From Eledone cirrhosa (taxonomy: Eukaryota), in assembly GCA_964016885.1 (NCBI GenBank), contig OZ024743.1, positions 106,826,001-106,890,000 on the forward strand: a stretch of DNA of 64,000 bases, given 5' to 3'. A program made the translations under genes and the position numbers. Positions 26,746 to 41,189 of this stretch are shown here, piece by piece (position 1 is the stretch's first letter; every line of letters starts with the position of its first letter). The notes beneath the pieces were generated by a model. That model saw only the letters and a list, made by a program, of their open reading frames with translations. It ran no database searches and was not told the origin of the DNA.

Positions 26746-26839
26746 ATATATATATATATATAATTTTTAGAAGGAAAACAGTTTTACGAAGGTGATCAGA
26801 AAAGTAATAGTGTTAAATCAATATGTTATTAGTGAGGAT

Positions 26840-27014
26840 TGGCAGTATCGGTAGAGGGTCGGACGCCATGCTTGACGCATAGAGTTACGGTCTTTGCCAT
26901 TCTGAGTTCAAATCCCGCCGAGGTTAACTTTGCCTTTCATCCTTACGGGCTCGATAAAATAAAGTACCAGTAATGCACTGGGTAATTGCTGGCCTTGTGC
27001 CAAAAGTAGAAACA
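26840..27014 (+). mobile_element. tRNA-derived SINE with 15-bp TSD
   Basis: A-box TGGCAGTATCGG, B-box GAGTTCAAATCCC and central GCCTTTCATCCTTACGGG.TCGATAAAATAAAGTACCAG. TSD GTTATTAGTGAGGAT at 26825-26839 and 27015-27029. Confidence 0.9.
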
Positions 27015-27339
27015 GTTATTAGTGAGGATCTACGTATGAAACAGTTGTAGTTCTGCAGAAGTCCTTCAGTACTATTATAACATATATTCTCATAGGTATT
27101 TTGTTTTGTTTGAATATTAACGCACCTTCATAACCACTTCATCTACTCAACATGTAATATATAAATTATTTAATTATTATATAGCCAAACCGGTTCCTCC
27201 CGTTCTGAGATTAAATGTACCCTTTATCATTCTGAAGTCGTTAAATTAAAGTATACATCAATAATATTGGTTAATAAATTCGATATTTCCTTCCCGTCAC
27301 ACTTGTTTGCCATGTGCCAAATTTAGGAACCATTGTGAA

Positions 27340-27520
27340 TTGTCAGTATCACTAGAGAGTCGGACACCATGCTTTGAAGCATAGAGTTTAGTCCCTTTAT
27401 GATCTGAGTTCAAATCCCGCCGAGGTTAACTTTGCCTTTCATCCTTACGGGGGTCGATAAAATAAAGTACCAGTAATATACTCGGTATTTCCTGGCCTTG
27501 TGCCAAAAATAGAAACAATT
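27340..27520 (+). mobile_element. tRNA-derived SINE (same family)
   Basis: Same B-box and central block. Confidence 0.85.
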
Positions 27521-28269
27521 ATTACATACTAACTATGCAGCACCAAAATCTTTTCCAGGGAGCCGAGATAAAATATGAGAAACCAATTATTAACATCTAA
27601 ACAAACATATTAAGCGATATGGATAGAATTAATAAGTGCTTACTTTTCAGAATAGATTCAATAGCGTTTCAAAACACAAGCTTGAAATTCCATGCTGAAA
27701 GTATTAAAAAAAAACACTACAAATGGCAGAATAATGGTAGATACAATGTTTCATACAATTATACAATGTAAATTATTTGTGCACAAACATTTCTATTTCT
27801 GTTGTAGCTTAATCTAGCAAAACTCTCCACTGTTCCCATCAATACATTTATCATATATTGATATATATATATTTTTTCTATTTTTCAGCTTTCTTGTTTA
27901 GATGAAGTCTACAGAGTTACGACAAATTTAACAGAAGGATCAAGCTTACAACTTACAAATAATGTTTTCATAATGGCTTCTCCCACAATAATTAGATGAT
28001 GATACATTGACAGACCAGTATTTTCACAAATTGAATAATATTCTGCACCGAGTTTATTAGAATTTTGTACATCCTATTAAGTGATGATGTTTTGATATAA
28101 ATACACAGAGAGGAGTATAAATGAATGAACACATAATTACACACGCTCTCACATTTGTTCGTAACGTCATCTATGTCTCGCTTGTGGAAATGATGTTTCA
28201 CATACTGATATAATATGTGATAAGGGACCCGTCTTTCCTTCGATCTCACACCGTTTATTGTCTTTTATG

Positions 28270-30560
28270 CTCCATTTGTCCTGATTACTTTAGAGCATGC
28301 GGCGTGTTAGAAGAGGATTGACACGATTCAGTAGGAAGTTCTTAAACAGGTGGTAGAAGGACAACAGTTGGGGATCTGTGGAACTAGCATCATAGGGAGC
28401 ATGAATTAGATAGCAACTCCTAATAGGAAGACCACTTCGGCAATCTATGAAGATAGAAAGAGATTAGGAAAGCTCCCTTATTTAATAGATCTGCCCAAGT
28501 AATCTTCCTATTAGGAGTTGCTATTTAATTCATGATAGCTGTGATACTAGTTCCACAGAATCCCAACTTCCGTTCTTCTAACACCTGGGTAAGAACTTCC
28601 TCCTTAATCATGTCTATCCTCTTCTTTTTGTCAGCCAATCCCAGTGGTTGGAAATTGGAATTTCTGGGATTTTCTCTTTCCGTGAATGCTAATGCAATTA
28701 CCTTTCTTAGGTTGAATATATTTTCCGCTTGTGTGACAAGCGTCAGTCTCCCACTTGAGTTTTGGTATTGTAGTGACATCTGAATGTATACGTTATGCAT
28801 ATTTGTGTCCTTGAACACAACTATTACGCTGCAATTTGCCACTTTGAATACTTCCTCCAAATATGACGGAAGCTGAGGGTATCCTGATTTTATGTAGAGT
28901 CCAACATTAGTGAAGTTTTGTGGATCCCCAACCACTGTCAGAGTTGTTTCTTGATATTCTTCTCCATCCTCTCCAAACATAACATAGGAACTTCATACAT
29001 GTGTTTCAGCAGCAGACCATGAGAGAGCTTTGTACTTTTCTGAAAGCTCTGTTTCTTTTCTTCTCAGGCATTGTTCTCTCTTTTCTTAATAGTGAAGCTG
29101 TCCATGTTGTAAAGTGATTCATCGCACCACTTTCCAAAGCATTTTGTTGGATTTCAGTATAATCATTGAATAAACTAACTCCTTTGCATTTGCAATCTGC
29201 ATTTGTCTTTCACTCCACGTTTCCTGAATTATTTTGCTTGAACCACATCCTTTCCAATCTTACCGTATAGTAAAATCACTGCTAACACCCGTCTCCTTGT
29301 GGCTGTCAAAGTGAGATCATGCATACAACAACGTATTATGTGTTTTTGTATCCCTCAAGCTTTTACTTGAGATTCTTCCCACAACTGTTATAAAAGACTT
29401 AATTCCCATGATGAACAGAATGGGAGAAATGATGCCAACAGTTAGGATTATCTTTTCCATGTCCTGCAAATGAGCTGAAATTAAGTTGTCTTGAACCGTA
29501 AATGAATACTTCTAGAATATATGTTCATAATTCCCTTGAAGAATTGAAAGATATGGTAGTCATCTAGTGATGGTTGTATGAGGGCATGAATAATTGATAT
29601 AATTTGCTAGAGCTAACTAGACGACCAACAGGTCATCTTGCTTTCCTGGCTATGAATTCCGTTGTTTAATATACCAAGCAAAAATCGGATTCCCAACCTC
29701 TAGAATTGAGTTGTCGATAAATCTATTCTCAATCATTTATGAGGTCATTCATTTAGCAGCATTGAAAACAAGTTCATGCATTTCGAACTTAAAAATAAGA
29801 TCGTTCTAAATTGGTTGGTGACTGAAGAGCTTTCTTTGAGCATAAAACAGGTATCTGCCCTTTTCGAACACGATAAAACGTTTCCATACGGAAGAGCCAC
29901 CCTAATCTCCGAAGAAGCATTATAAATATATTATATTAAGATCCTGTATACAACCATTTTGACTTCCTTCCATTTGGTTCGAGTTATGCTGAGTATTTCA
30001 GCACCAATGATTATTTGATTTGCACAGAATGCTTGGTTTCTGAGAGGGTTGTTTTTTGTTTCTCTCAAGAACTCTTCTCCGTCTTCTCTGGAGCTTGACA
30101 CCCAGATTTATTTTCCCATAACAGGTAAATTCAAAGGGATCTTTAATAAACTTCCAGATTCTTCCTGCTCTTCGGTGTTTGTTTGATCCATGACACTTGC
30201 TGTTGAGAACTTTCATTTTTTATATCAATCGAAACGTTTCTCTTTGGCGTCAATTTTGTTGCTTTGGAATTGCTCACAAGCTGGAATGTATGCCATTAAT
30301 GCAAGGACATTTATCTTGCTATTCATACCTATAACATTTCATCTAATATCTGAACAACTTATTGCCTTCTAAAGATATTCAAATATGTGTTTAGAGGGCA
30401 TCGATAGGAGCATGTTTAAAGCATTCACACATTTTTGTTGATGATGTATAGTCCTTTTGTGGAGAGTATTAGGTTCCGCCAGGCGTTAAATGTCAAAGTA
30501 ATGCCGTATGCAACTACGGCACCCCCTCGACTTCATCAGGAGTTACGGGACCATACAATT
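28270..30560 (-). mobile_element. Highly decayed RLE-type (HERO/R2-like) non-LTR retrotransposon
   Basis: ORF 28525-28980 (GLYIKSG.PQLPS..EEVFKVA, AE....LR..I, RIDMIKEEV..EER) resembles the post-RT region of HERO-type elements. RT-like stretch EKIILTVGIISPILFIMG near 29405-29460. Confidence 0.6.
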
Positions 30561-33500
30561 CCATAGTCCTTTAGCTAAATTTTGCTCCGGACATATATTT
30601 AACCCGGAAAGAGACACCATCGCAGTTTGGTGTCCATTTTACTTTTCTCTATATATGTTATCTGCTAGAACACCGTATCTCTGGTGACAATGTTTCTCTT
30701 CAATTATCAGTTACTACAACAATTGATAGCTTAGAATTTCTTCACATACCACTTCATAATAAGTATTTACTTAACTGAAGAATATAATGTTTAATTTTAA
30801 AATAATAAATTATTTGACAGTAAATCAAAATACACTGGATCATAAAGAACAGGTTTTGTTTAGATATATACAACATTTGCACATGATTTTCTATTAAAAA
30901 ATATTCGGTGTACTATGTATTCATTTAAATATAATCAAAATTGTGCAATGTACATCGTAGAAGATAGGAGCTGGAACTCGCTACCTGAGGTTAAATATAT
31001 AGAATTATATTATATCTAATGAATGAGTTATTCATCTTTTAACTCTATTTGTAAATGGAAGTTTAAATCGAAGAATAATTGAATAATTGATATGATTTTA
31101 ATACTTTTGTATCGGTTCCTTTCTATACTGAGCGAATTGAATAATTAATCACTCGTTAAATGCTCGTAAAATGCAGTAATAAATACATAGTGTATTGGAA
31201 ATATAACCATTAGCTAGTAAACTCTTCAATAGGATAGTATAAATTTGGACCAGCAGCATAGAAACGCTACGTGGAATGTATTAGAAATATGAGACATGCA
31301 TGGTGTGTAAAAGGCGTGAGAATCATTATTGACTGAAAAGTCTGCCATTTCGGTTTGAATCGTGATCTTTGCCCATAAGCTTACAAAGACGGATCGGATT
31401 GTGGGTAATGGGAATTTATCGCTTGAATTTAAATATTATTTATGGTGTTGGCAAGAGGGTTTGAAGTTTGGAGGAAGAATGCGTGAGATGAGTCGTTTTT
31501 GCCTGGTAGTAGTAATTGGCTGTTTGTTGATCCTTCAGAAAACAATATATCGTTATCTTTACTTAACCGTAGAAGTATGTGAGGAATTAGATGTAACCGG
31601 ACACTGGATATGCAGAAAACGAAACAAGCCTCTTCTCAAACCATGACTACATATTGATTGATGTTTATACAATAGACACCTCCGATTTTATATTATGTGC
31701 TATCACCTCGAATTCCAAAGTGAATATGAAAATAAAAGAGACAAGCAAAATTGAAGGAACAAAGAAAGAAGAAAAGAAGAAAAGTAAAAATGTAGAACAG
31801 AGGCATTGAAGGTATATATGAAGGGAAGAGAGAAATAGATTGTGATACCTTTGGAAAACAATGATCTGGAGTCCATTCTCGTGTAGTATAAATGTCGAAG
31901 ATAGGTTACTAAGGGTATGATACGCTGCAAATCAGCTCGCATATTATCGTTGGCATTTCCATAACCTCACTGAAACTACATAAGAAACGATAATGCGACT
32001 AGGAAAAGAATTAAGTATGGACGAAAGAACAGAAACAATGTTCTTCGTTGAAAAGCAATTTAGAATTACAATATTGTATTAAAGCAGCAACGTAGCCATA
32101 AAGATTTTTTGCACAACCCATCTCTCTCAAGACATAATAATATTAAGGCTTGCGTTCACTATATATATATGTGTGTGTGTGTGTGTATGTGTGTGTAGGC
32201 GCGTGTGTGTGTGTATGCACGCGTGTGTGTGTGTATGAATGTATATATATATATATGTATATATGTATATATATATGTATATATATATGTATATATACTT
32301 ATATGCAGCAAAGACACATGCATTCACACACATGTGTGAGTATGTGTCTGTGTGTAGGTATCTGTTTGTTTGGAGAAAATTGGTTTTATGCATAAACATA
32401 ATTGCGTGTCACCGTGCATATAAATAAGTCCTTCAATATATGTATGCATATACGTGTGCATATGCACGGGGACATGCATATAGGATAGAATGACATAAAG
32501 CCATGTGGGGATTGAAATATTTTTTCTGGGTCTAAATTTTAGATTGTATCTAATAAAAAGAATATATTTGTAATCATTAAATTGATAAATAATTTATTTC
32601 TACTTATATCTCTACATGTTGATATCACCTTAAATATATAAAATATTTTCTTATCATTCGTGAATATTTGCAGGCGCGGGAAACTGCTAAGTTGTTAAGA
32701 TATATGCTATGTTATAATGGGCTACTGGGATGGGACAAGAGATTTTTACAATTTCAAAGGGTTGATTAAAATTTGATAGATGAAATGTACGTGGAAGACT
32801 ATCAGAGAAATTATTCCTATAATGTATAACTCAATCATTGCTTCGATGTGCCATGCTAATACAATTTGAGATCCAGAATTGATATCTAGATCTATGCAAT
32901 ATACAGTCACTTACATGTTATATTACTTTAGTTCAGCGAAGAACTTTTAGCTGGTAAGACGTCCTCCTTCACGAACGAGACCATTAGTATAATCATATAA
33001 ATATACAGATGTAGAAATATAAACGATTCTCAACACATTACATACAAGCTTATATATATATATATACATAGAGAGATAGAGAGAGGGCGAGAGACATTCT
33101 TTATCAAGAACGATTAGCATCCTGTTCCCGAATTAACGAATAACCTGTTCAAATGTTCTTGTGATATTCAAGCCTTTAGTACAAATTGTGCATTAGTACA
33201 AATACAGCGGTGACTTTGATATTCGTTGTTTAGACGTGGCCATATTATATACAGTACAAATTACGGTACATACTTTAGAGTCGATATGGCGTCGAATAGG
33301 ATATCTTGTGGTAAATATACTTCCAGAGTGGAAGTTCCACTCTTATTTTATCTCTGTTCAAATTCGGTTAAGTCCTTCCTTGTGGGTAAGCATAATCCAT
33401 CGAGGATCCGCACAGCTATCTGGTTCTTCGCTGTCAGTAATCGCATCCGTTCTATAGAAAGCCTTTTCCGATCATGTCTCTTATCTGATGATTTATTTCT

Positions 33501-35298
33501 CTCAGTTTTCTCCATAACAGTCTGAAGCGCTTTATAAATGATCAGGCTGACTAACCTCTCTCATAACTAAGCTATGAAAGGTCTACACCCGGCATTCAAA
33601 TATAGGGGCGATATGAAAGTTATCAACACTTAATAAACAAGCTACGGATAATATATTAAGGTTTAGGTTCAATTAGTAATATGCACTTTCAAATTGAAAA
33701 AATATGATTTTACTCTTAATGAAACAATTATTTATTTGTGCCCAGTTTATTGAGAAAATGGTAACTTATATTAAATAATTATACACTTCACGATAGAACG
33801 ACAATTTTTCGTAAAGAATCTCCAAGTCGCTTTGAAATTATCTGGTTCCGCTGGTTATTGTTATTTTCATACACATTTTCTATTTATTTTAATTAATATT
33901 TGGCATCTTCAGTATGAGATATATAAATCACAATAAAACAATACAGGCACATACACACAAAAAAGAAAACAGAAATGAAGATATGAAATAAAAAATATAA
34001 TGTTAATATATAAATTTATAAAGTAATAAAATAAAAAAGTAATATTAAAATAACAAAAAAAAACACATTTAATCAAAATATTAATATGAACTCCATAAAA
34101 GCTTATTTCATTATTCATTCTTTTCAATTTATTTATTGAGTCGAAAGAGTTTAAGAATTACGGTACGAGGCAAATGAAAATATAGACGACTATAACGACA
34201 AATGATAAAGTACGTAGACTGAAAGTAAGACGGAAGGAAACTAGAACAGATATAAAGAGAAAGAGGGATAGAGTGAAAGCAAGAGACTGGTTTGCAGAGA
34301 GAAAGCGGGAGGGACAGAGAAAATTTAATTATGAAAAAACCTCATTATAAACATATTTGTATAATGGCGTATAAGACAGTCATTCTCAAACAAGATTTCT
34401 TTACAATACTCTAACAGTAATAAACGGCTACTTCCGTTAAATATAAGTACTTATACATTATAGTACGAAATACTTTCATGAAGACAGAGGAATCTTTACA
34501 GTTCCGGCTGAGATAATTGTCTCTATTGAAGTGGATAGTTATTTTCTCAAAAGAATATGTTTATGTTGTAGAAGAAGAGACAAAAATAAATATATTTTCG
34601 TCTAGAGTCCAATATTCACAATGATGTTTCATTTCTCTTCTTTGGAAACAATTCTTTTTCTGTGGAATTTCTTTAACAGAATATTTAATAGCCACATATT
34701 CGCAATCTACTTCCTCGTAAGTATGTGGTTTTCTGCCAAACACGACCAATAGGTGCATGTAAATTCCACTCCAGAAAATCCCACAATGAAGAATTCCATC
34801 CTGAGAATTCATCCATAAAACATTTAAACACAACATTTCCTCCCTCAAACAATTCATATATATGTACGCTAAACAGTAATACTATAAAATGTTTTAAATG
34901 TTAATGTCTTGCATACACACTCGTTTAGTTCTTGTAATGTGAAATTTAAGTGAAAATAAACGTTTAATGGGTTACGTTTTAAGCTAGAAATTTCAGGGGG
35001 AATTTTTCCGGTCAAGAAATCAATACATAGGATATGTTGTTTTATGATCATAGGGCAGCGCACATGAAGCAATCTTAGTATCAAATTATTCGTGCATCAC
35101 CTGCACCGATATTGGCAATGATTATCTAAGGTTACTTTCTCCACAAACTCGGTAGAGTTTCATTTCTGCATATTTTTGCTGCTATTGCTAGTACACCCGC
35201 TCCCATGGACACACACATATATGTACACACACATATGTATATATATATATGTATGTATTATGTATATGTATGTATGTATATATATATATATATATATA

Positions 35299-35375
<77 letters not shown>

Positions 35376-35944
35376 TGTGTGGGGGGGGGGGTACATGTAG
35401 AGACAGATAGATGAAGTTATACATGCATGTGTACATTTCAGCTCACACAGACAATTAACTAAGTATCATTCCAAAACTAACTCCAGTGCTATTAATTGAA
35501 ATTTGCTCTGCTGTCTATTAAAAGAATTTTTATTAATTGTTTTCTTGTATGTGTATGCAATTTGCTATGCAAGGTCGCTACTCGGCTGTTTAGCAAGATA
35601 CACTCCATTCGGATTCTGATAAAAGATATGGTTTTAATTAAAGTGACATTGCGCAGGATAACATCCTAACCTATCTTACGGCAATTAGAAAAATTCTTTA
35701 TCACGTCATATCGCTTGCAACTCTTTCTACAAAACCAATCTACTTAAAATGTCTTGTCTACACTGACGTTCGATGAATAACCGGAAAAAAGATTTATAAT
35801 TTATTTATTTATGTGCTTGATATTTATTGCGATTTCCAAATCCAATTGAATGAGGAATGTAAAGCATTCGATATCTGTAACTGCAATTTGTGATATCTCG
35901 AAGTGTAATAGTGAGATTGACTTCGTAATTATTCAGTTGTTATT

Positions 35945-35981
<37 letters not shown>

Positions 35982-35987
<6 letters not shown>

Positions 35988-36134
35988 ATAATAGTAAATC
36001 TGAAAACTAAAATCCAAAGAGGGCTCAATAAGGATAAATATATATCAAATATATATATAAGAACCGTAGAGCAAGTATTTGTGATATCTCGAAGTGTAAG
36101 AGTGAGATTGACTTCGTAATTATTTAATCTGTTA

Positions 36135-36142
<8 letters not shown>
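35982..36142. mobile_element. Small inverted insertion of the 42830-43398 family with captured flank
   Basis: Reverse complement of 43305-43398, then a copy of nearby flank ~35888-35933, then TAATCTGTTATTTTAAT. Confidence 0.7.
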
Positions 36143-36211
<69 letters not shown>

Positions 36212-36426
36212 GTCTGTGTGCATGCGTAAGAGTTTGTATTGTTGCAAAATGCCTTTGGTTTCAACATATGCCACAGTGGTTTTGTATAACACTTAAGAAT
36301 GAAATTACATATTTCTTTTCGGATATTCAAATGGCACGTGATACGATAAAAGCTTTAATTTATACACACACACAACCTCCACGCACACACGCACACACAC
36401 ACACACACACATACATTCACGCACAC

Positions 36427-36465
<39 letters not shown>

Positions 36466-36751
36466 CACATACAGTTTTGTCTCACAAGTAAATCCTGGTC
36501 CATCAGATATACTTGAAATGCCTCCTCGCCAAAATTATTTAACTTTATTTCCTTTTTTCATACACAGTATACCTACAACTCCAATAATAAATAGATTCTG
36601 CTTATATATAAAATGGGGTGTGACATATTTTCGAGGAGTTACACACACAAATAAATACAGATATGTACGGACACACACAGACACACACACATATACATAG
36701 CAGTGAAACTTATGTTAGTCCCATCAACTTATTAGTTTATATATATATATG

Positions 36752-36810
<59 letters not shown>

Positions 36811-37029
36811 TGGCGAACTTGGTCTAAAAACATAGGTTGCCAGGAGACGAAGGGGGCCCACCCACATATAGAATGGTATCATTTAATTTTTATAATGAAT
36901 AAAAAATATTTCCAAAAATTACATAAGTGGAAACAAAACAGTGCAATCAAATCTTTGCGGAAAGAAATCTTACCTTCTCCAATAAAAAATATTATGTATT
37001 TTGCGAAGTCCACTGACTTTCAATAACTA

Positions 37030-37680
37030 CCAGATGTCGACCCTAAATATTACTTATAGCTCTAGGAAAGTCATGAACCACATCACATCTTTTTAACTTT
37101 GATTTTGAAAGTAGGTTTATAATGATCAATTTTCATCATACTTTTGTAGCTGGCTCGTGGCCTGTTTGGCGGAATCTTAGACGGTGGTGTTCCTGGTCGG
37201 GAGCTGGGTTCCCAATTAACCTTTTCAGTTTTTTTCTATGGGTTTTAAAATAAAAAGTGAAAAAGGTTACATGTACCTCATGACCAGGACTGAACCCAAG
37301 ACCAGGATCTCCACCGTATCTAGTACATACCGAGACAACTACGAAAATCATATGAAAATTCATACTTATAAATCTACTTTCAAATTTTTCAAAACAAAGT
37401 GATGTGGTGTCGTTCATGTCTTTCTTAATATTATTGCTCCTACTTAATGTCGACTTCTAAATCATTTGGTTGTTCCATAAACTACATCCACGTTTTGTTT
37501 AAGATCTATCTAGACTATATTTTAACCTGTAATCCATGTTTTATTTCTGTTGCATCTCATACCCTCTCTCTCTTTCTTTGTCATATTTGAATCTACCATT
37601 ATATGAGCTTACTTTATTCATATATATATATATATGTTTTTGCATGTCAGATTCAAACTGACAATGATTGGCTTTACAAC
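37030..37680. repeat. ~650-bp dispersed repeat containing two convergent tRNA-like units (copy 1)
   Basis: Homologous to 38520-39185. Imperfect inverted arms, with B-box-like GGTTCAGTCC on the minus strand. Confidence 0.7.
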
Positions 37681-37739
37681 CAACACACACACACATACAA
37701 ATATAAATATATATATATATATATATATACGATATTAAC

Positions 37740-38401
37740 AAAAGGAAACTATATTTATAAAACCATATTTATTTAAGTATACATATTTCAAGTACACCAA
37801 GTTAAATTATGGTGTGCTTTCATCAGATAAAATATAATATAGAGCCGTTTTATAAATAAATATTGACATACCCTTAAAGAATGCGACCATTACTGTTGGA
37901 AGCTCCCGGATAGACTATCCGGGAGCTTCCAACTTGAGTGCGGCCGACCGGGGTAGAAGATGCTATATGTTAGGACGCGTTGTCTATAAATTTATAGAGG
38001 GGAAAAATTCTGAAGCTGGGTTGTATTCCCGTGTTTTGATTTGGGATCTATGGACGATCATAAGTTGAAGGCTGTTTTTTTTTTGTCTGTCCTAGCTAAT
38101 GCTCTCGACATCCTGGGAAAGTCAACACATGAATTAGGTTTTCTGATGCACATGTGAAATTGTATTTAACTGTTAAGGGTTCTCCTTGTTTGAAGTGGAA
38201 CTCCGATCCCTCTATTAGATTAATACATATACCACAGTTAGGTCTTCCGTACTTATTACTGGGGAGTTCATTAAGAATGTCGGCTGGGCTTTGGCCTGCG
38301 TAAGGATATTTTTTATAGATTTGGGTTGCCTTTTGCTCTTTATGATGTTGTGTGTTTGAAGGATTTGATTCATTCTCGGGGCTCTATTTATTAAAGGTGT
38401 T

Positions 38402-38402
<1 letters not shown>
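37740..38402 (-). mobile_element. Penelope-like GIY-YIG fragment (Neptune-like) with short inverted pLTR piece
   Basis: Minus-strand translation KSKRQPKSIKNIL ... GRPNCGICINL ... NFTCASENLIHVLTFPGCREH*LGQT. Palindrome at 37895-37933. 37740-37900 is related to 47150-47440. Confidence 0.75.
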
Positions 38403-38438
<36 letters not shown>

Positions 38439-38519
38439 TAATTATTTGTTTGCTACAATAATCATGTTAAATTAATTCAACAGTTAAAGACACGTAGGAA
38501 TAATAGGGCCAGAAGATTG

Positions 38520-39185
38520 ACAAGTCGACCATAAATATTGTTAATAGCACTAGGAAAGACATGAAAGACACACATCTTTTTAACTTTGATTTTGAAAGTA
38601 AGTTTATAATTATCAATTTTAATTACACTTTTCTAACTGCCTCGATCGCCTAGTTGGAGTAATCATAGACGGTGGTGATCCTGGTCTGAAGTTCGATCCT
38701 GGTCAGGAGTTCTGTTCTCAGTAAACCTTTTCAGATTTTTTCTATGGTTTGTAAAATAAAAACTGAAAAAAAGGTTACATGTACCTCTTGACAAGGATTG
38801 AACACAAGGACAGGATCTCCACCGTCTCTAGTACCTAACGCTAGGCCACAGAGACAACTACGAAAATCTTATGAAAATTCATAATTATAAATCTAGTTTC
38901 AAATTTTTCAATACAAAGTGTTGTGGTGTCGTTCATGTTATACTTAAGGTCGATTTCTAAATCCAACGTGGTGTTCCATAAATTACTTCCACGTTTTGTT
39001 TCACATCTATCTAGACTATATTTTAACGTGTAACCCATGTTTCATTTCTGTTGCATCTCCTTCCGCCTCTGTCTTTCTCCGTGATATTTGAATCTACTAT
39101 GATTTGGGGTTCCTTTATTCATATATATATATATATATATATATGTTTTTGCATGTCAGATTCAAACTTACAATGATTGGCATTA
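38520..39185. repeat. ~650-bp dispersed repeat containing two convergent tRNA-like units (copy 2)
   Basis: Plus strand: TAGTTGGAGTAA..GTTCGATCC..TTTT. Minus strand: TGGCCTAGCGTTAGG..GTTCAATCC..T7. Confidence 0.7.
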
Positions 39186-40329
39186 CATATATATATATAT
39201 ATATATTATGTGTTTGCTAAAATAAAAAAATTCGGTGTAGGTACATATTTCAATGAGGATCTTGGCCACGTGATTGTTCAATCATGTATCCGGCATCGGG
39301 ATCTCATCAGTCTGCAACATTTTGTAATAAGGTTAGTTATCCGAGGCAATCCAGTCTAAGGACAAGGGAACGAACAAAAGAGATTTTCTCGTAGCCTATG
39401 TCCAAGGGAACGGACATCGGCTATGAAAACCTCATTTTCGTTATGCCCTACATATTTAGCTTTCTTAACATTGAATTTTGCCCCTTCGTTTCCTTTCTTT
39501 TAAGGTATTTTAATGCGATATTCGCAAAAGTTAATCCATAGATTTATATATATATAAGAAATGTTTTTCGAATATTAATAGTAACATTCCATTCGTTTGC
39601 AAACAGCCTCTGAAGCCATGTGAATAGAAGAACCTCGTCATTCACGCTCTTGTGTTGGCATTCAAATAGAACGGCAGACACTAATATTTCTGGGTGATTG
39701 CCCTTCATTAGTCCTGTGAACTGTTTATATATATATAATACGCACACACACACATATGCATGCGTACGTGTGTGTGTTGTGTGTGTGTGTGGGGGGGGGA
39801 GTATGTGTGTATGTCTGTTTGTATATATATATATATATGAACTTAAGAATATTAACAAGAGACGACAAGACAACGAACGGAAATATTTGTTTAAAGGGTA
39901 AACCTTAAAAGATTATTTTTAAAAGTACAAATATAAACGAATGACAGAACTCCAGGGTTATCGGCTGTTGAGATAGACTTTGGCAGTTTCGTACATATTC
40001 CGAAATCTAAAGAGAACTCGAGAAGGGCAGTATATATAAGTGTATATACACGTAGAGAAAATATTTATTACTAGTACAGATTAAAAATTAAAGCAAAAGT
40101 GTGTATCTTAATGAGTTACAGGCCCGACTGCCAGCTCGAGCGGTTTTTTCTTGATATTCCCCCCAATTTCTTCAGGACACTCTGTATAAGTTGAGAGATT
40201 TTAACGCAGTAACCGCCCGAGCTCGTGGTGGGACTACTACCCCATTAATATGCCCATTCTGTAACTTACCATGCATCGTGCACCGCTTTGATTTTTGGTC
40301 TTACTGGTCTTCTCACCGCAAACACATAA

Positions 40330-40512
40330 ACTATAATTGTTTCTATTTTGGGCACAAGGCCAGCAATTATCCAGTGTATTACTGATACTTTATTTTATCG
40401 AGTGTGTAGGGATGAATAGTTAACCTCTGTGGTATTTGGACTCAGACCGTAAAGGGATGTAACTATGCCGAAACACATTGGCGTCGGACCCTCTAACGAT
40501 ACTGCCAACTCA
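40330..40512 (-). mobile_element. tRNA-derived SINE, diverged
   Basis: Reverse complement of the SINE family (TGGCAGTATCGTTAGAGGGTCCGACGCC ... CTTGTGCCCAAAATAGAAAC). Confidence 0.8.
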
Positions 40513-40830
40513 ATCGCTTTATAATACATGTAAATCCTTATAATTTCCATTTCTATACTGTCGATGTGACTTCCTTTTACCTTCAGTCTTGAGCTTAACA
40601 CTATACATATTTCTTAATTCCTTTCTCTGTATAATACAATTATTTGTATATTTATTTCTTCTACATGTTCATTGATCATATTTGCATTTTTTCATCACTA
40701 ACATTTACATTTCTATTTAAATATATATATATGTATATATTAAACAAAATTTCCTCCCAATAATTATACGAAACATATTTTAGTAAAACTCCTCTACTGT
40801 GAAACACAATCATTATATGATTGCTTTCAG

Positions 40831-41018
40831 GGCGGCGGATTGGCAGTATCGGTAGAGGGTCGGACGCCATGCTTTCCAGCATAGTTACGTCCCTTTATGA
40901 TCTGAGTTCAAATCCCGCCGAGGTTAACTTTGCCTTTCATCCTTACGGGGCCTATAAAATAAAGTATCAGTAATGCACTGCGATAATTGCTGGCCTTGTG
41001 CCTAACGTAGAAACAATT
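40831..41018 (+). mobile_element. tRNA-derived SINE, full length
   Basis: GGCGGCGGATTGGCAGTATCGG head, B-box, central block and GTAGAAACAAT end. Confidence 0.9.
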
Positions 41019-41189
41019 ATTTGGAGCGGTGAAAAACAATTACACGCAAAGACAAAACCACGTTTATGGTATAAAAGAAGTCGTAGACTAATATTCTATT
41101 AGGAGGTTCATAGAGACGTTCTCTGGCAATGAACATTTTTGAATTTGTTTTGCGAGATTTCTTATCTGAAACGTGTGTTGAAACAGATA

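Noticed and set aside
33190-34860. Possible host exons on the minus strand (33350-33522, 34561-34857)
   Set aside because: Short, with no recognisable domain and no consistent splice chain; RNA-seq would be needed.
39210-40200. CTGATGA (39305-39311, minus) and CTGAAGA (~40170, minus) cores
   Set aside because: Stem I or stem III could not be paired convincingly.
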